Shown here piece after piece: positions 1 through 9,260 of a DNA stretch of 64,000 nucleotides. A model generated the notes under the pieces. The model did not search any database. It was not told where the DNA came from and saw only the letters and a program-made list of their open reading frames with translations. This DNA is from Verrucomicrobiaceae bacterium (GTDB lineage: Bacteria > Verrucomicrobiota > Verrucomicrobiia > Verrucomicrobiales > Akkermansiaceae), in the NCBI GenBank assembly GCA_051252135.1, contig JBPOGH010000011.1, positions 1 through 64,000 of the forward strand, written 5' to 3'. The translations under genes and the position numbers were made by a program. The first letter of the stretch is position 1, and each line of letters begins with the position of its first letter.

Positions 1-156
1 ATCCCATGAAACGAATCACCCTGCGAAGCGCAGCGAAGACAATTCAGCATAGCCAACGGCAATCCCGTCCGCTCCGCTCGAGAACCCAGTTTCCCTCCAC
101 CCCCTAATTCCGAATTCCTGATTCCCATCTCGCCTCCCACCATTCAAGATATCCTC

Positions 157-1632
157 ATGCGTAACTTCCTTCTCCCCTTCATCTTCTCCGTTTCCATCCT
201 CCACGCTCAGGATAAAACGGACAAAAAAGACGACGATAAATCCACCCCCAAAACCGTCACTTCTGAGGACTCCGTCACCATCGACGGCAGCAAGATCGAC
301 TACCGTGTCACCGCTTCCACCCTCCTACTCAAAACCGACGACAGCAAGGACCGCGCCTCCATCTTCCACGTTTCCTACCAGCGCCTCGGCATCAAAGAAC
401 GCCACAAGCGCCCTGTCCTCTTCGCCTTCAATGGCGGCCCCGGCTCCTCCGCTGTCTGGCTCCACCTCGGTGCCCTCGGTCCAAAAATCGTCCCCACCTC
501 CGAGGACGGTACCAAAACCCTCCCGCCACCCAGCGAAGTCATCCCCAACATCCACTCCATCCTCGATGTCGCCGATCTCGTCTTCATCGACCCCGTCTCC
601 ACCGGCTATTCCCGCCCCGAGGGCGACGCCAAGCCCAACCAGTTCCACGGAGTCAGCGAGGACATCGAATCCGTAGGCGACTTCATCCGCCGCTGGACCA
701 CTGAGAACGACCGCTGGGCTTCCCCCAAATTCCTCCTCGGCGAAAGCTACGGAGGCATCCGCGCCGCCGGCCTCTCAAACCACCTTCAGGAAAAATACGG
801 CATGAACCTCAATGGCATCGTCCTCCTCTCCCCCCTCGTCGACTACCGCACCCTCCGCTCCGGCCACGGCGATGACCTCCCCCACTCCGTCTTCCTCCCC
901 GCCATGGCCTCCACCTCGCACTACCACGGAAAAGTAGCCGGAGATCGCGATGCCCTCTTTAACGAAGTCCAGGAATACGCCTTCGGCCCCTACGCCGTCG
1001 CCCTCCTCAAAGGAGCCTCCATCCCCGCCGATGAAAAGAAAGCCGTCGCCGCAAAGCTCGCCTCCTTCACCGGCCTCCCCTCCTCCCTCTTCGAGGAAAC
1101 AAACCTCCGGCTCGATCCCGCCCGCTACCGTAAGGAACTCCTCCGCGCCGAAGGAAAAGTCCTCGGCCGCTTCGATGCCCGCGCCGCCTGGCCCCTCGTT
1201 AACCAAGCCGAGGATTACGCAGCCTACGATCCCTCCTACGCCGTCGTCTACGGTGCCTTCGCCACCGCCATGAACGACTACCTCAGCCGCACTCTCGAAT
1301 GGGAAGGTCACCACCCCTACAACATCCTGAGCCGCGACGTGCACCCTTGGAATTGGGGCGCCAAAAACTCCGTCGTCAACATGTCACGCGATGTCGAAAA
1401 CGCCCTCCGCAATAACCCCGACCTCCGCGTCCTCGTCATGAGCGGCTACACCGATCTCGCCACCCCCCCCTCCAACATGACCCACAGCATCAACCACCTC
1501 TTCGGCATCCCGGCCGAGCGCCGTGAAAGCATCGAAATCGCCTTCTACGAAGCAGGACACATGTTTTACCTCAACCAACCCGACCTTGAAAAAATGCGTC
1601 GGGATCTCGTCAAATTCATCAACCAAAACTAA
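157..1632 (+). CDS. Serine carboxypeptidase, S10 family, secreted
   Basis: Signal peptide; FNGGPGSS, FIDPVSTGYS, nucleophile GESYGG, D (GYTDL) and AGHMFY motifs. Confidence 0.92.
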   Translation: MRNFLLPFIFSVSILHAQDKTDKKDDDKSTPKTVTSEDSVTIDGSKIDYRVTASTLLLKTDDSKDRASIFHVSYQRLGIKERHKRPVLFAFNGGPGSSAVWLHLGALGPKIVPTSEDGTKTLPPPSEVIPNIHSILDVADLVFIDPVSTGYSRPEGDAKPNQFHGVSEDIESVGDFIRRWTTENDRWASPKFLLGESYGGIRAAGLSNHLQEKYGMNLNGIVLLSPLVDYRTLRSGHGDDLPHSVFLPAMASTSHYHGKVAGDRDALFNEVQEYAFGPYAVALLKGASIPADEKKAVAAKLASFTGLPSSLFEETNLRLDPARYRKELLRAEGKVLGRFDARAAWPLVNQAEDYAAYDPSYAVVYGAFATAMNDYLSRTLEWEGHHPYNILSRDVHPWNWGAKNSVVNMSRDVENALRNNPDLRVLVMSGYTDLATPPSNMTHSINHLFGIPAERRESIEIAFYEAGHMFYLNQPDLEKMRRDLVKFINQN

Positions 1633-1636
1633 AGCG

Positions 1637-2089
1637 ATGGACACCCCGCCAGATCAACAACAATCACCACCGCCCCAACCGGCTTACCCGCCTCCGATGC
1701 TCCACCACTCGGGGCATCCCAAGAACGCCGTTGATCTGGCAATGTGGTGTCATCTCATTCCCATCATCGCCGGGTTCCTCACATCCGGTCTCCTCGGGTT
1801 CGTCGGGCCCCTCGTCATCCTCTATAGCTCAAGACAGCCCTCCGCCTTTGTCGACGCCCACGCAAAGGAATCCCTCAATTTCCAACTCTCCGTCTTAATC
1901 TACGCCGTCGCGCTTTCGGTCATTGGAATGATCATCGTCCTCGTCACCTTCGGCCTCGGAATCTTCCTCTTCATTCCCCTCGTCATCGGGCTCGCCGTCG
2001 CCGTCCTCGTTTTTGAGATCCTCGCCACCATTGCCGCAACAAAAGGTGAACTCTACCAGTATCCTCTCACCATCCGCTTCATCAAATAA
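1637..2089 (+). CDS. DUF4870-like membrane protein
   Basis: ATG at 1637; Pro/Gln-rich N-terminus, AMWCHL, FVDAHAKESLNFQ and YQYPLTIRFIK motifs, three TM segments. Confidence 0.85.
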   Translation: MDTPPDQQQSPPPQPAYPPPMLHHSGHPKNAVDLAMWCHLIPIIAGFLTSGLLGFVGPLVILYSSRQPSAFVDAHAKESLNFQLSVLIYAVALSVIGMIIVLVTFGLGIFLFIPLVIGLAVAVLVFEILATIAATKGELYQYPLTIRFIK

Positions 2090-2132
2090 AACGCCCTCCC
2101 CCTCATTGCCACCTCCTTCCTCTTTGGAAGAG

Positions 2133-2207
2133 TGGCAGTCCCACAAGGACTCGAACCTTGAATGACTGAACCAAAATCAGCTGTGTTACCGATTACACCA
2201 TGGGACT
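2133..2207 (-). tRNA. tRNA-Gln (UUG)
   Basis: Reverse complement folds as a cloverleaf: acceptor AGTCCCA/TGGGACT, anticodon TTG, GTTCGAGT T-loop, encoded CCA. Confidence 0.97.
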
Positions 2208-2241
2208 CACTCGGCTCCGCCGCTCGCGCGACGACGTCGGT

Positions 2242-2270
2242 TAAGTAAGTTCAGTCTGACATCGTTGCAA
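2242..2270 (-). promoter_or_regulatory. Putative sigma70 promoter of tRNA-Gln
   Basis: TTGCAA-17 nt-TACTTA on the minus strand, about 35 nt upstream of the tRNA. Confidence 0.5.
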
Positions 2271-2372
2271 GACCGAAATAGGAGGAATTCTTAATTTCTT
2301 CCGTCTCGTATTGAGTTCACTCAAGGCCACCCTTGACCTCGCCCCCAAAAAGCAGGACCTTCTGCCCTTTGT

Positions 2373-3449
2373 ATGGACTACGCCCCACTGATCGAAAAAC
2401 GCACTGCCCGCCTCGGTGAAATCGAGGCCATGATGAGCGAGCCCGACTTCTTCAATGATCAGGCAACGTCGACCACCCTCATGCGCGAGCACACCAATCT
2501 CAAGAAGCTCCTCACGCTCTGGGATGAATTCATTCAGGTCAAAAGCGACATCAAAGGAAACGAAGAGCTCCAAAAAGGCGACGACCCCGATTTTTCCGCC
2601 ATGGCCGCCGAAGAACTCCCTCCTCTTCGGAAAAGAGAAGAAGAACTCTTCCACTTGGTCCAATACGCTCTCCTCCCTCGCGATGCAACCGAGGACCGTG
2701 ACGCCCTTCTCGAAATCCGCGCCGGCGCCGGTGGAGATGAAGCTTCCCTCTTCGCAGGGGAACTCATGAACCTCTACCAGCGCTACACCGAAAAACGCGG
2801 CTGGAAGTGCGAGCATCTCGGAAGCTCCCCCTCCGATGTTGGCGGTTATAAAGAGGTCGTCCTCAAAATCACCGGAGAAGAAGTCTTCCGCTTCCTCAAA
2901 TACGAATCCGGCGTCCACCGCGTCCAGCGCGTTCCCGCCACCGAGACCCAAGGCCGTATTCACACCTCCACCTGCACTGTCGCAGTCCTCCCCGAGGCTG
3001 AGGAAGTGGACTTCCAGCTCCGTCCCGAGGACCTCCACATCCAGGCCACCCGCTCCGGTGGTTCCGGCGGACAACACGTCAACACCACCGACTCCGCCGT
3101 TCAGATCACCTATCTGCCCACCGGACTCCAGGTGAAGTGTCAGGACGGACGCTCCCAAACCCAAAACAAAGCCCTCGGCCTCGAGATTCTCCGCGCAAAG
3201 CTCTTCGAAATCGCCCAACGCGAAGCACAGGAAAGCTACTCGGCTCAGCGCAAATCACTCGTCGGCTCCGGGGACCGCTCCGAGAAAATCCGCACCTACA
3301 ATTTCCCCCAATCTCGCGTCACCGATCATCGCATTAACTACACTTCCCACAACATGGAAGGAATCATGAACGGCGAGATCTTCGAGTTTACCGAACTCCT
3401 CCAGAAAGCGGAAATGGAGCAACGCCTTGCCGAAGAGGAACTTTCCTAG
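2373..3449 (+). CDS. prfA: Peptide chain release factor 1
   Basis: GGQ motif, PAT (PxT) recognition loop, ESGVHRVQRVP, RSEKIRTYNFPQ. Confidence 0.98.
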   Translation: MDYAPLIEKRTARLGEIEAMMSEPDFFNDQATSTTLMREHTNLKKLLTLWDEFIQVKSDIKGNEELQKGDDPDFSAMAAEELPPLRKREEELFHLVQYALLPRDATEDRDALLEIRAGAGGDEASLFAGELMNLYQRYTEKRGWKCEHLGSSPSDVGGYKEVVLKITGEEVFRFLKYESGVHRVQRVPATETQGRIHTSTCTVAVLPEAEEVDFQLRPEDLHIQATRSGGSGGQHVNTTDSAVQITYLPTGLQVKCQDGRSQTQNKALGLEILRAKLFEIAQREAQESYSAQRKSLVGSGDRSEKIRTYNFPQSRVTDHRINYTSHNMEGIMNGEIFEFTELLQKAEMEQRLAEEELS

Positions 3450-3460
3450 TTCTTCCCGCA

Positions 3461-4022
3461 CTATTCACCACTTATTCACACTCCTTAGGAATGACTACAA
3501 TCCTCGATGTTCTCGAGAAGGGAGCAACATTCCTGACCTCAAAGGGAGTTCCCGATGCCCGGCTCAATATGGAGCTCCTCGTCGCCCATGAATTGGCCTG
3601 CCGACGCATGGATCTCTACCTCCGCTTTGATCAACCCATCCCCGAGGACACGTTAATCACCCTTAGAGAAAAACTGAAAAAACGATCTCAGCGGATTCCT
3701 CTTCAGCATCTTACTGGTGTTATTCACTTCTATTCACACGACTTCACAACAGACCACCGGGCCCTCATCCCCCGTCCGGAAACCGAAGAGCTTGTCGAAC
3801 TCGCTCTGAAGCAGGATTTCCCCCGCCCTGCCCGTGTCCTCGACCTCGGTTGCGGCTCCGGAGTCTTGGGAATAAGTATCGCCAAGGCTCTGGGTACAAC
3901 ATGTGAGCAACTCACTTTGGCCGACTTATCCACAGAAGCCCTCAGCCTGGCGAAAGAAAACGCCAACGCGCTCGAAGTCGACGCCGAACTCATCGAATCC
4001 GACTTATTCACAGCTATTCACA
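3461..4022 (+). promoter_or_regulatory. Cluster of DnaA-box-like 9-mers overlapping the prfA-prmC spacer and prmC
   Basis: TTATTCACA at 3472 and 4004, TTATCCACA at 3926, one-mismatch copies at 3720, 3730, 4014 and reversed at 3867, two-mismatch copy at 3461. Confidence 0.6.
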
Positions 4023-4330
4023 ACACCTTCGACCTCATCGTTGCCAACCTCCCCTACATCGGTGAGAACGAACGCAGCGAACTCTCCCCCGAGGTCCTCC
4101 ACGATCCTGACATGGCTCTCTTCTCCGGCCCCGATGGCCTCGACCTCCTCCGTCTGTTCGCCGCTGAATGCCCCAAATACCTCAACCCCGGCGGAGTGGT
4201 CGCCCTTGAAGTTGGCCACCAACAGGGCCAGATCGTTGCAAACCTTCTCACAGCGGCCGGTCTGAGCGACGCTCAAGTCTGCAGCGACCTCTGTGGAGTG
4301 TCCCGCTTTCCGCTTGCACGCAGGACCTAA
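3491..4330 (+). CDS. prmC: Release factor glutamine methyltransferase
   Basis: LIPRPETE, DLGCGSG, NLPY motifs; follows prfA. Confidence 0.96.
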   Translation: MTTILDVLEKGATFLTSKGVPDARLNMELLVAHELACRRMDLYLRFDQPIPEDTLITLREKLKKRSQRIPLQHLTGVIHFYSHDFTTDHRALIPRPETEELVELALKQDFPRPARVLDLGCGSGVLGISIAKALGTTCEQLTLADLSTEALSLAKENANALEVDAELIESDLFTAIHNTFDLIVANLPYIGENERSELSPEVLHDPDMALFSGPDGLDLLRLFAAECPKYLNPGGVVALEVGHQQGQIVANLLTAAGLSDAQVCSDLCGVSRFPLARRT

Positions 4331-4361
4331 ACCATTCACCCCTTTCCAACAAAACCCCATA

Positions 4362-5636
4362 ATGGACAAGCTCATCGTTCACGGCGGAAATCAACTCTCC
4401 GGCCAAATCAATATCTCAGGCTCCAAGAATGCGTCCCTGCCCATTCTCGCCGCATCTCTGCTTACCGATGAAAAGGTGACCATTGCGAACGTTCCGGACG
4501 TCTCCGATACAAACTACATGCTCCAGATCCTCTCCGCGCTCGGCGCAGAGGTCGAACGATTCAGCGGACGCTTCAATATCGAAGCCAAATCCGTCCTCAG
4601 CGGAGCTCCCTACGAACTCGTGCGTAAAATGCGGGCCTCCATCTGCGTCATGGGCCCCCTCCTCGCCCGCCTCGGCGAAACCCGAGTCTCCATGCCCGGA
4701 GGCTGCGTCATTGGCGACCGCCCCATCGACCTCCACCTCAAAGGACTGGAAGCCTTGGGCGCAAATGTCGAAATGGACGGAGGCGACATGGTCATCTCCG
4801 CTCCCAACGGCCTCACCGGCACTGAGATCGACCTCCGCGGAAAGCACGGACCAACCGTTCTCGGAACGGACAACGTCATGATGGCCGCCACCCTCGCAAA
4901 GGGCACCACCGTCATCAACTCCGCCGCCTGTGAGCCGGAAGTCGTCGACCTCGCCAACTTCCTCATCTCTATGGGAGCCAAAATCAGTGGCGCCGGCACC
5001 CGCCGTGTCACCATCGAAGGAGTGGAGAAACTCCACGGCACCACCTGGAATGTCATTCCGGACCGCATCGAAGCAGGCACCTTCATGATCGCCGGAGCCA
5101 TGGCCGCCGGCCCCGAAGGAATCACCCTCAACCGTGTCAACCGCGAGCACCTCGCCGTCATTACCGAAAAGCTCGAGGAATCGGGCCACATCTGCAATTT
5201 CTCCAATAACGACACCAGCGTCACCATCATCCCCGGAGAAGCCCCGCAGGGCTGCGAGATCATCACCAACCCCTTCCCCCAATTCCCCACCGACATGCAG
5301 GCGCAATTCACCGCCATGTTTGCCACCACCCCGGGCATCAGCATCGTCGAGGACACCATCTACCCGCAGCGCTTCATGCACTGCTCGGAAATGAAACGCA
5401 TGGGAGCCGACATCAATGTCGACAACGGCCGCGCCATCATCAAAGGCGTCGAAAAACTCAGCGCCGCTCCCGTCATGGCCTCCGATCTCAGAGCCTCCGC
5501 CGCTCTCGTCCTCGCCGGCCTCACCGCAAAAGGCAGCACCCATATCAGCCGCCTTTACCACATCGATCGCGGTTACGAGCATATCGATGACAAACTCCTG
5601 CAGCTCGGCGCAAAAGTCGAACGCGTGCACGAGTAA
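4362..5636 (+). CDS. murA: UDP-N-acetylglucosamine 1-carboxyvinyltransferase
   Basis: SGSKNA, KMRAS, PGGCVIGDRPIDLH with active-site Cys, PDRIEAGT, DLRA. Confidence 0.97.
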   Translation: MDKLIVHGGNQLSGQINISGSKNASLPILAASLLTDEKVTIANVPDVSDTNYMLQILSALGAEVERFSGRFNIEAKSVLSGAPYELVRKMRASICVMGPLLARLGETRVSMPGGCVIGDRPIDLHLKGLEALGANVEMDGGDMVISAPNGLTGTEIDLRGKHGPTVLGTDNVMMAATLAKGTTVINSAACEPEVVDLANFLISMGAKISGAGTRRVTIEGVEKLHGTTWNVIPDRIEAGTFMIAGAMAAGPEGITLNRVNREHLAVITEKLEESGHICNFSNNDTSVTIIPGEAPQGCEIITNPFPQFPTDMQAQFTAMFATTPGISIVEDTIYPQRFMHCSEMKRMGADINVDNGRAIIKGVEKLSAAPVMASDLRASAALVLAGLTAKGSTHISRLYHIDRGYEHIDDKLLQLGAKVERVHE

Positions 5637-5651
5637 AAACCAATCTATCCC

Positions 5652-7034
5652 ATGGCACAAAAACCCTTTCAGGTCGCAATCGTTGGTCGCCCCAACGTCG
5701 GCAAATCCGCGCTCTTCAACCGCCTTGCCGGACGCCGCATCGCCATCGTGCATGACCGCCCCGGCGTCACGCGTGACCGCATCGCCGCTCCTTGCAACCT
5801 CACCGAAACTCCCTGTGAGTTGGTCGATACCGGAGGAATCGGTGCCGCCCTCGATGACGAATTCTCCAAGCAGGTCACCATCGAGGCCCGCATCGCAATG
5901 GACTCTTGCGACCTCATCCTCTTCATCGTCGATGCCCGCGAAGGAATCAACCCCATCGATGAACTCGTCGCCAACCTCCTGCGCCGCGCCAAATCCAAGG
6001 TCCTCCTCGTGATGAACAAGGCAGACCACATCGAACAGGAAACCATCAGTGGGGACTTCGCCCATCTGGGCTTCGGGGATGGCCTCTCGGTCTCCGCCGA
6101 ACACGGCCGGGGTATTCAGGATCTCGTCGACGCCATGGAGGAAAACCTCTCCGCGCTGGAAGCGAAGGAACAGGAAGAAACCGAGGATCTTGCCGATGGC
6201 TTGAAAATCGCCGTGGTCGGCAAACCAAACGCCGGAAAGTCTTCCCTCATCAACGCCATCCTCAACGATGAACGCACCATCGTCTCGGAGGTCGCAGGCA
6301 CCACCCGCGACGCCGTCGATATCCCCTACATCTGGCAGGGCGAAAAGCACAACATCATCGATACCGCAGGGATGCGACAACGCTCCCGCATGGATGACTC
6401 CGTCGAGGTCTTCTCCGCCATGCGAAGCGAGCGCTCCATTCGACGCTCGGACATCTGCCTCCTCGTCGTCGATCTCAACGCCGGAGTCTCCGCACAGGAT
6501 CGTAAGATCGCCCGCATGATCCAGGACGAACAAAAACCCTGCCTCATCATCGCCAACAAGTTCGACCTCTACCACCCCGACGCGCCCAAGAAAGCCCGCC
6601 TCGAGGAAGCCGAGGAACATCTCCGCCGCGAGCTCTTCTTCCTGTCCTACGCCCCTTTCATCTGCGTTTCCGCTCAACGCGGCGAGCAAATCCAGCACGT
6701 CTTCAAGACCATCGCCAAAATCCGCGATGGAGCCCAAAACACCATCGGCACCGGACAGCTCAACCGCATCCTGCAGGATGCCTTCATCAAAACTCCTCCC
6801 CCGGAGCACAAACGCCACCGCAAGCGCCTCAAGCTCTTCTACGCCACCACGGCCGTGAACGACCGCTATCGCGCCATCCCGGTCCCCGAATACATTCTCT
6901 TCGTGAATGATAAGAAATTCGTTGTAGAATCCTTCCAGAACTACCTCGTCAACACCATCAAGTCCGCCCACCCCACCGCCGGACTCCCCATCCCTTTATC
7001 CTTCCGTTCCCGTTCCCAATCAGACAAACCTTGA
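5652..7034 (+). CDS. der: Ribosome biogenesis GTPase Der (EngA)
   Basis: Two tandem G domains (GRPNVGKS, GKPNAGKS) and a KH-like C-terminus. Confidence 0.97.
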   Translation: MAQKPFQVAIVGRPNVGKSALFNRLAGRRIAIVHDRPGVTRDRIAAPCNLTETPCELVDTGGIGAALDDEFSKQVTIEARIAMDSCDLILFIVDAREGINPIDELVANLLRRAKSKVLLVMNKADHIEQETISGDFAHLGFGDGLSVSAEHGRGIQDLVDAMEENLSALEAKEQEETEDLADGLKIAVVGKPNAGKSSLINAILNDERTIVSEVAGTTRDAVDIPYIWQGEKHNIIDTAGMRQRSRMDDSVEVFSAMRSERSIRRSDICLLVVDLNAGVSAQDRKIARMIQDEQKPCLIIANKFDLYHPDAPKKARLEEAEEHLRRELFFLSYAPFICVSAQRGEQIQHVFKTIAKIRDGAQNTIGTGQLNRILQDAFIKTPPPEHKRHRKRLKLFYATTAVNDRYRAIPVPEYILFVNDKKFVVESFQNYLVNTIKSAHPTAGLPIPLSFRSRSQSDKP

Positions 7035-7041
7035 TACCCCG

Positions 7042-8043
7042 ATGGCCCTGCTCGAAGTCAACGATCTCACCACCCGCTTCCACACCCGCAACGGCATCGT
7101 CCACGCCGTGGAAAAGGTATCCTTCTCTCTCGAAAAAGGCCAAACAATGGGCATCGTCGGCGAGTCCGGCTCCGGCAAATCCGTCACCTGCTACTCCCTC
7201 CTCAATCTCATCCCCAAACCTCCGGGAAAGATTCACTCCGGCACCGCCATCTTCGAGGGCACCGATCTCCTCTCCGCCCCGGAGAAGGTCATCCGCAAAA
7301 TCCGCGGCAAGCGCATCTCCATGATCTTCCAGGATCCGATGACTTCGCTGAACCCCTACCTCAAGATTTCCAAACAACTCACCGAGCCGCTGGAAATCCA
7401 TGAGAACATGAAGGGAAAGGCCGCCCGCCACCGCGCCATCACCGCTCTCGAAGAGGTCGGCATTCCCGACGCCGAGAGTCGTATCGACTCCTACCCGCAC
7501 GAGTTCTCCGGCGGCATGCGCCAACGCGTCATGATCGCCATGGCCCTCATCACCCGCCCCGAGATCCTCATCGCCGACGAACCCACCACCGCGCTCGACG
7601 TCACCGTTCAAAAACAGGTCCTCGATCTCATTAAGGACCGCCAACGCGAACTCGGCACCGCCGTCATCCTCATCACGCACGATCTCGGAGTCGTCTCCCA
7701 GGCCTGTGACACCGTCAACGTCATGTATGCCGGACGCATCGTGGAATCCGCCGAGGCCAAAGCCCTCTTCGCCCACCCACGCCACGCCTACACCCGCGCC
7801 CTGCTCAAGAGCATCCCCGCCACCCACTCAAAAGGCGAAACCCTCTACACCATCCCCGGCATCCCGCCCGACCTCTCGTCACCGCCGGATTCCTGCTCCT
7901 TCCGCGAGCGAAACACCCTCGGGTGTGCCGACCTCTGCCTCACCGACCGCGCCCCCGAGCTCGCCGAAATCGAGCCCGGCCACCGCGTCCAGCAATGCCC
8001 CGGCTGCCTCGCCGGAGAACGCATCGCTGCCGCAGTCCAATAG
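7042..8043 (+). CDS. Oligopeptide/dipeptide ABC transporter ATP-binding subunit (OppD/DppD type)
   Basis: [34 protein letters not shown] motif and Cys-containing C-terminal extension. Confidence 0.92.
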   Translation: MALLEVNDLTTRFHTRNGIVHAVEKVSFSLEKGQTMGIVGESGSGKSVTCYSLLNLIPKPPGKIHSGTAIFEGTDLLSAPEKVIRKIRGKRISMIFQDPMTSLNPYLKISKQLTEPLEIHENMKGKAARHRAITALEEVGIPDAESRIDSYPHEFSGGMRQRVMIAMALITRPEILIADEPTTALDVTVQKQVLDLIKDRQRELGTAVILITHDLGVVSQACDTVNVMYAGRIVESAEAKALFAHPRHAYTRALLKSIPATHSKGETLYTIPGIPPDLSSPPDSCSFRERNTLGCADLCLTDRAPELAEIEPGHRVQQCPGCLAGERIAAAVQ

Positions 8044-8047
8044 CCTT

Positions 8048-8252
8048 ATACCAAGTAGAGTTTCAAAATAGCGGAATGCCGAAGTGATTTCTTGAGAGAG
8101 CAAGGCATGACGAGGGCGTGGTCTGGAGACCACAACCGAGGAAAAACGCCGCTATCTCATGAAAGCGCTCGGCTTGATCAACTCCACAAAGTGCTGTTCA
8201 AAAATGCGCCCTTAAAACAAACATTCCGCTATTTTGGAACTCGGAGTGGTAT
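8048..8252. mobile_element. MITE-like non-autonomous element
   Basis: Terminal inverted repeats: GAGTTTCAAAATAGCGGAATG (8058-8078) vs CATTCCGCTATTTTGGAACTC (8222-8242) with one mismatch, plus outer ATACCA/TGGTAT; no credible ORF. Confidence 0.7.
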
Positions 8253-9148
8253 TACAGCCAGGACTTCAGCGTCTTGGCATCGCGGGCCACATTTGCCACC
8301 GCCTCCATCACCTTGTCCTTCGGGTAAATCGCCGAAGTCCCCCACTCCATGTGGAGTGAAATCGGCATCGGCTCCTGCCCCTGCCGCACCGCGTCAAAAG
8401 TCTCCCGGTCCACAAAACCGGTATCAAGAGGCACATTCTTTCCCTTGTTCGTTCGCTCGCCACTCCAGATCGCATCCTTCACATAAATCGCCTGGATATG
8501 CTTCCGCGCCACCTGCAGCGCCGCTCTCCAGGAAAGACCGGAGTCCATTCTAAAATGGCGCAAGTCATATCCAATCCCGATCTCCTTCGGATCAATATCC
8601 TTCAGCAGTAAAGCCAGATCCCAGCTCATCCCGCCGAGCAATTTTGCCCCCGAGTGCAGTTGGTAAATCGCCTGCATTCCAATCTCCTTGTTGAACGCTG
8701 CCAGCTCCTTGGCCTTCTTCGAAAATGTCTCAATCTGCTCAAAAAGATCACCCTTCAAATCGTAACGATAGTATTCCATCCGATACCTCGTGATCCCGTT
8801 TGCCTTGAGCACGCGCAAAAACTTCTCATTCTCCGGCGTCAATTCCCCCACATGGCTCGCCACAATGTGAGCCTTCTGATCGTTCTTCGCCAGGGCAGCC
8901 ACCATCTTGGGCACCTCTTCTTCCGCGTCCTTCTGCTCAATATGCCCGCCCTTGCGAATCGTTGCCTCAATCCCATGAAGCCCCATCTTCGCCAGCTCCT
9001 CCCCCATCCGCTCGTAATCCAGCGTCTGGATCGGCTTCTCAAACGCAATCAACGGCCACTTCGCTTTCTCCCCGTGATGATTCCCCCGTGCTATTCCCGC
9101 AGTCGCCAAAGCCGCCCCACTCCTCATCAAAAAATCTCGTCGTTCCAT
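8252..9148 (-). CDS. Tat-exported sugar phosphate isomerase/epimerase (xylose-isomerase-like TIM barrel)
   Basis: RRDFL twin-arginine signal; HSG, YDLRH, YVKD, SLHME metal-site pattern. Confidence 0.8.
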   Translation of the reverse strand: MERRDFLMRSGAALATAGIARGNHHGEKAKWPLIAFEKPIQTLDYERMGEELAKMGLHGIEATIRKGGHIEQKDAEEEVPKMVAALAKNDQKAHIVASHVGELTPENEKFLRVLKANGITRYRMEYYRYDLKGDLFEQIETFSKKAKELAAFNKEIGMQAIYQLHSGAKLLGGMSWDLALLLKDIDPKEIGIGYDLRHFRMDSGLSWRAALQVARKHIQAIYVKDAIWSGERTNKGKNVPLDTGFVDRETFDAVRQGQEPMPISLHMEWGTSAIYPKDKVMEAVANVARDAKTLKSWL

Positions 9149-9260
9149 CTCTCAAATCAAAAGCCCCCACCCCTCCTTGGCAAATCAATTTGCTCAGACA
9201 AAATATCCCAAGATCCCCGCTTCCCCTCTGACGCCGGTTCGCCTAGCGTTCTCCAATTCC

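Noticed and set aside
2133..2207. tRNA-anchored genomic island or prophage
   Set aside because: No integrase and no duplicated tRNA 3' end seen near either tRNA
3461..4022. Possible oriC
   Set aside because: No skew inversion, mostly intragenic, no clear AT-rich unwinding element and no dnaA/dnaN nearby; kept only as a DnaA-box cluster
4416..6971. 851-aa antisense ORF and many similar shadow ORFs (e.g. 2241-3218, 9243-10193, 20017-21054)
   Set aside because: They lie opposite well-supported genes, carry no motifs, and are expected from the strong codon bias that depletes antisense stops
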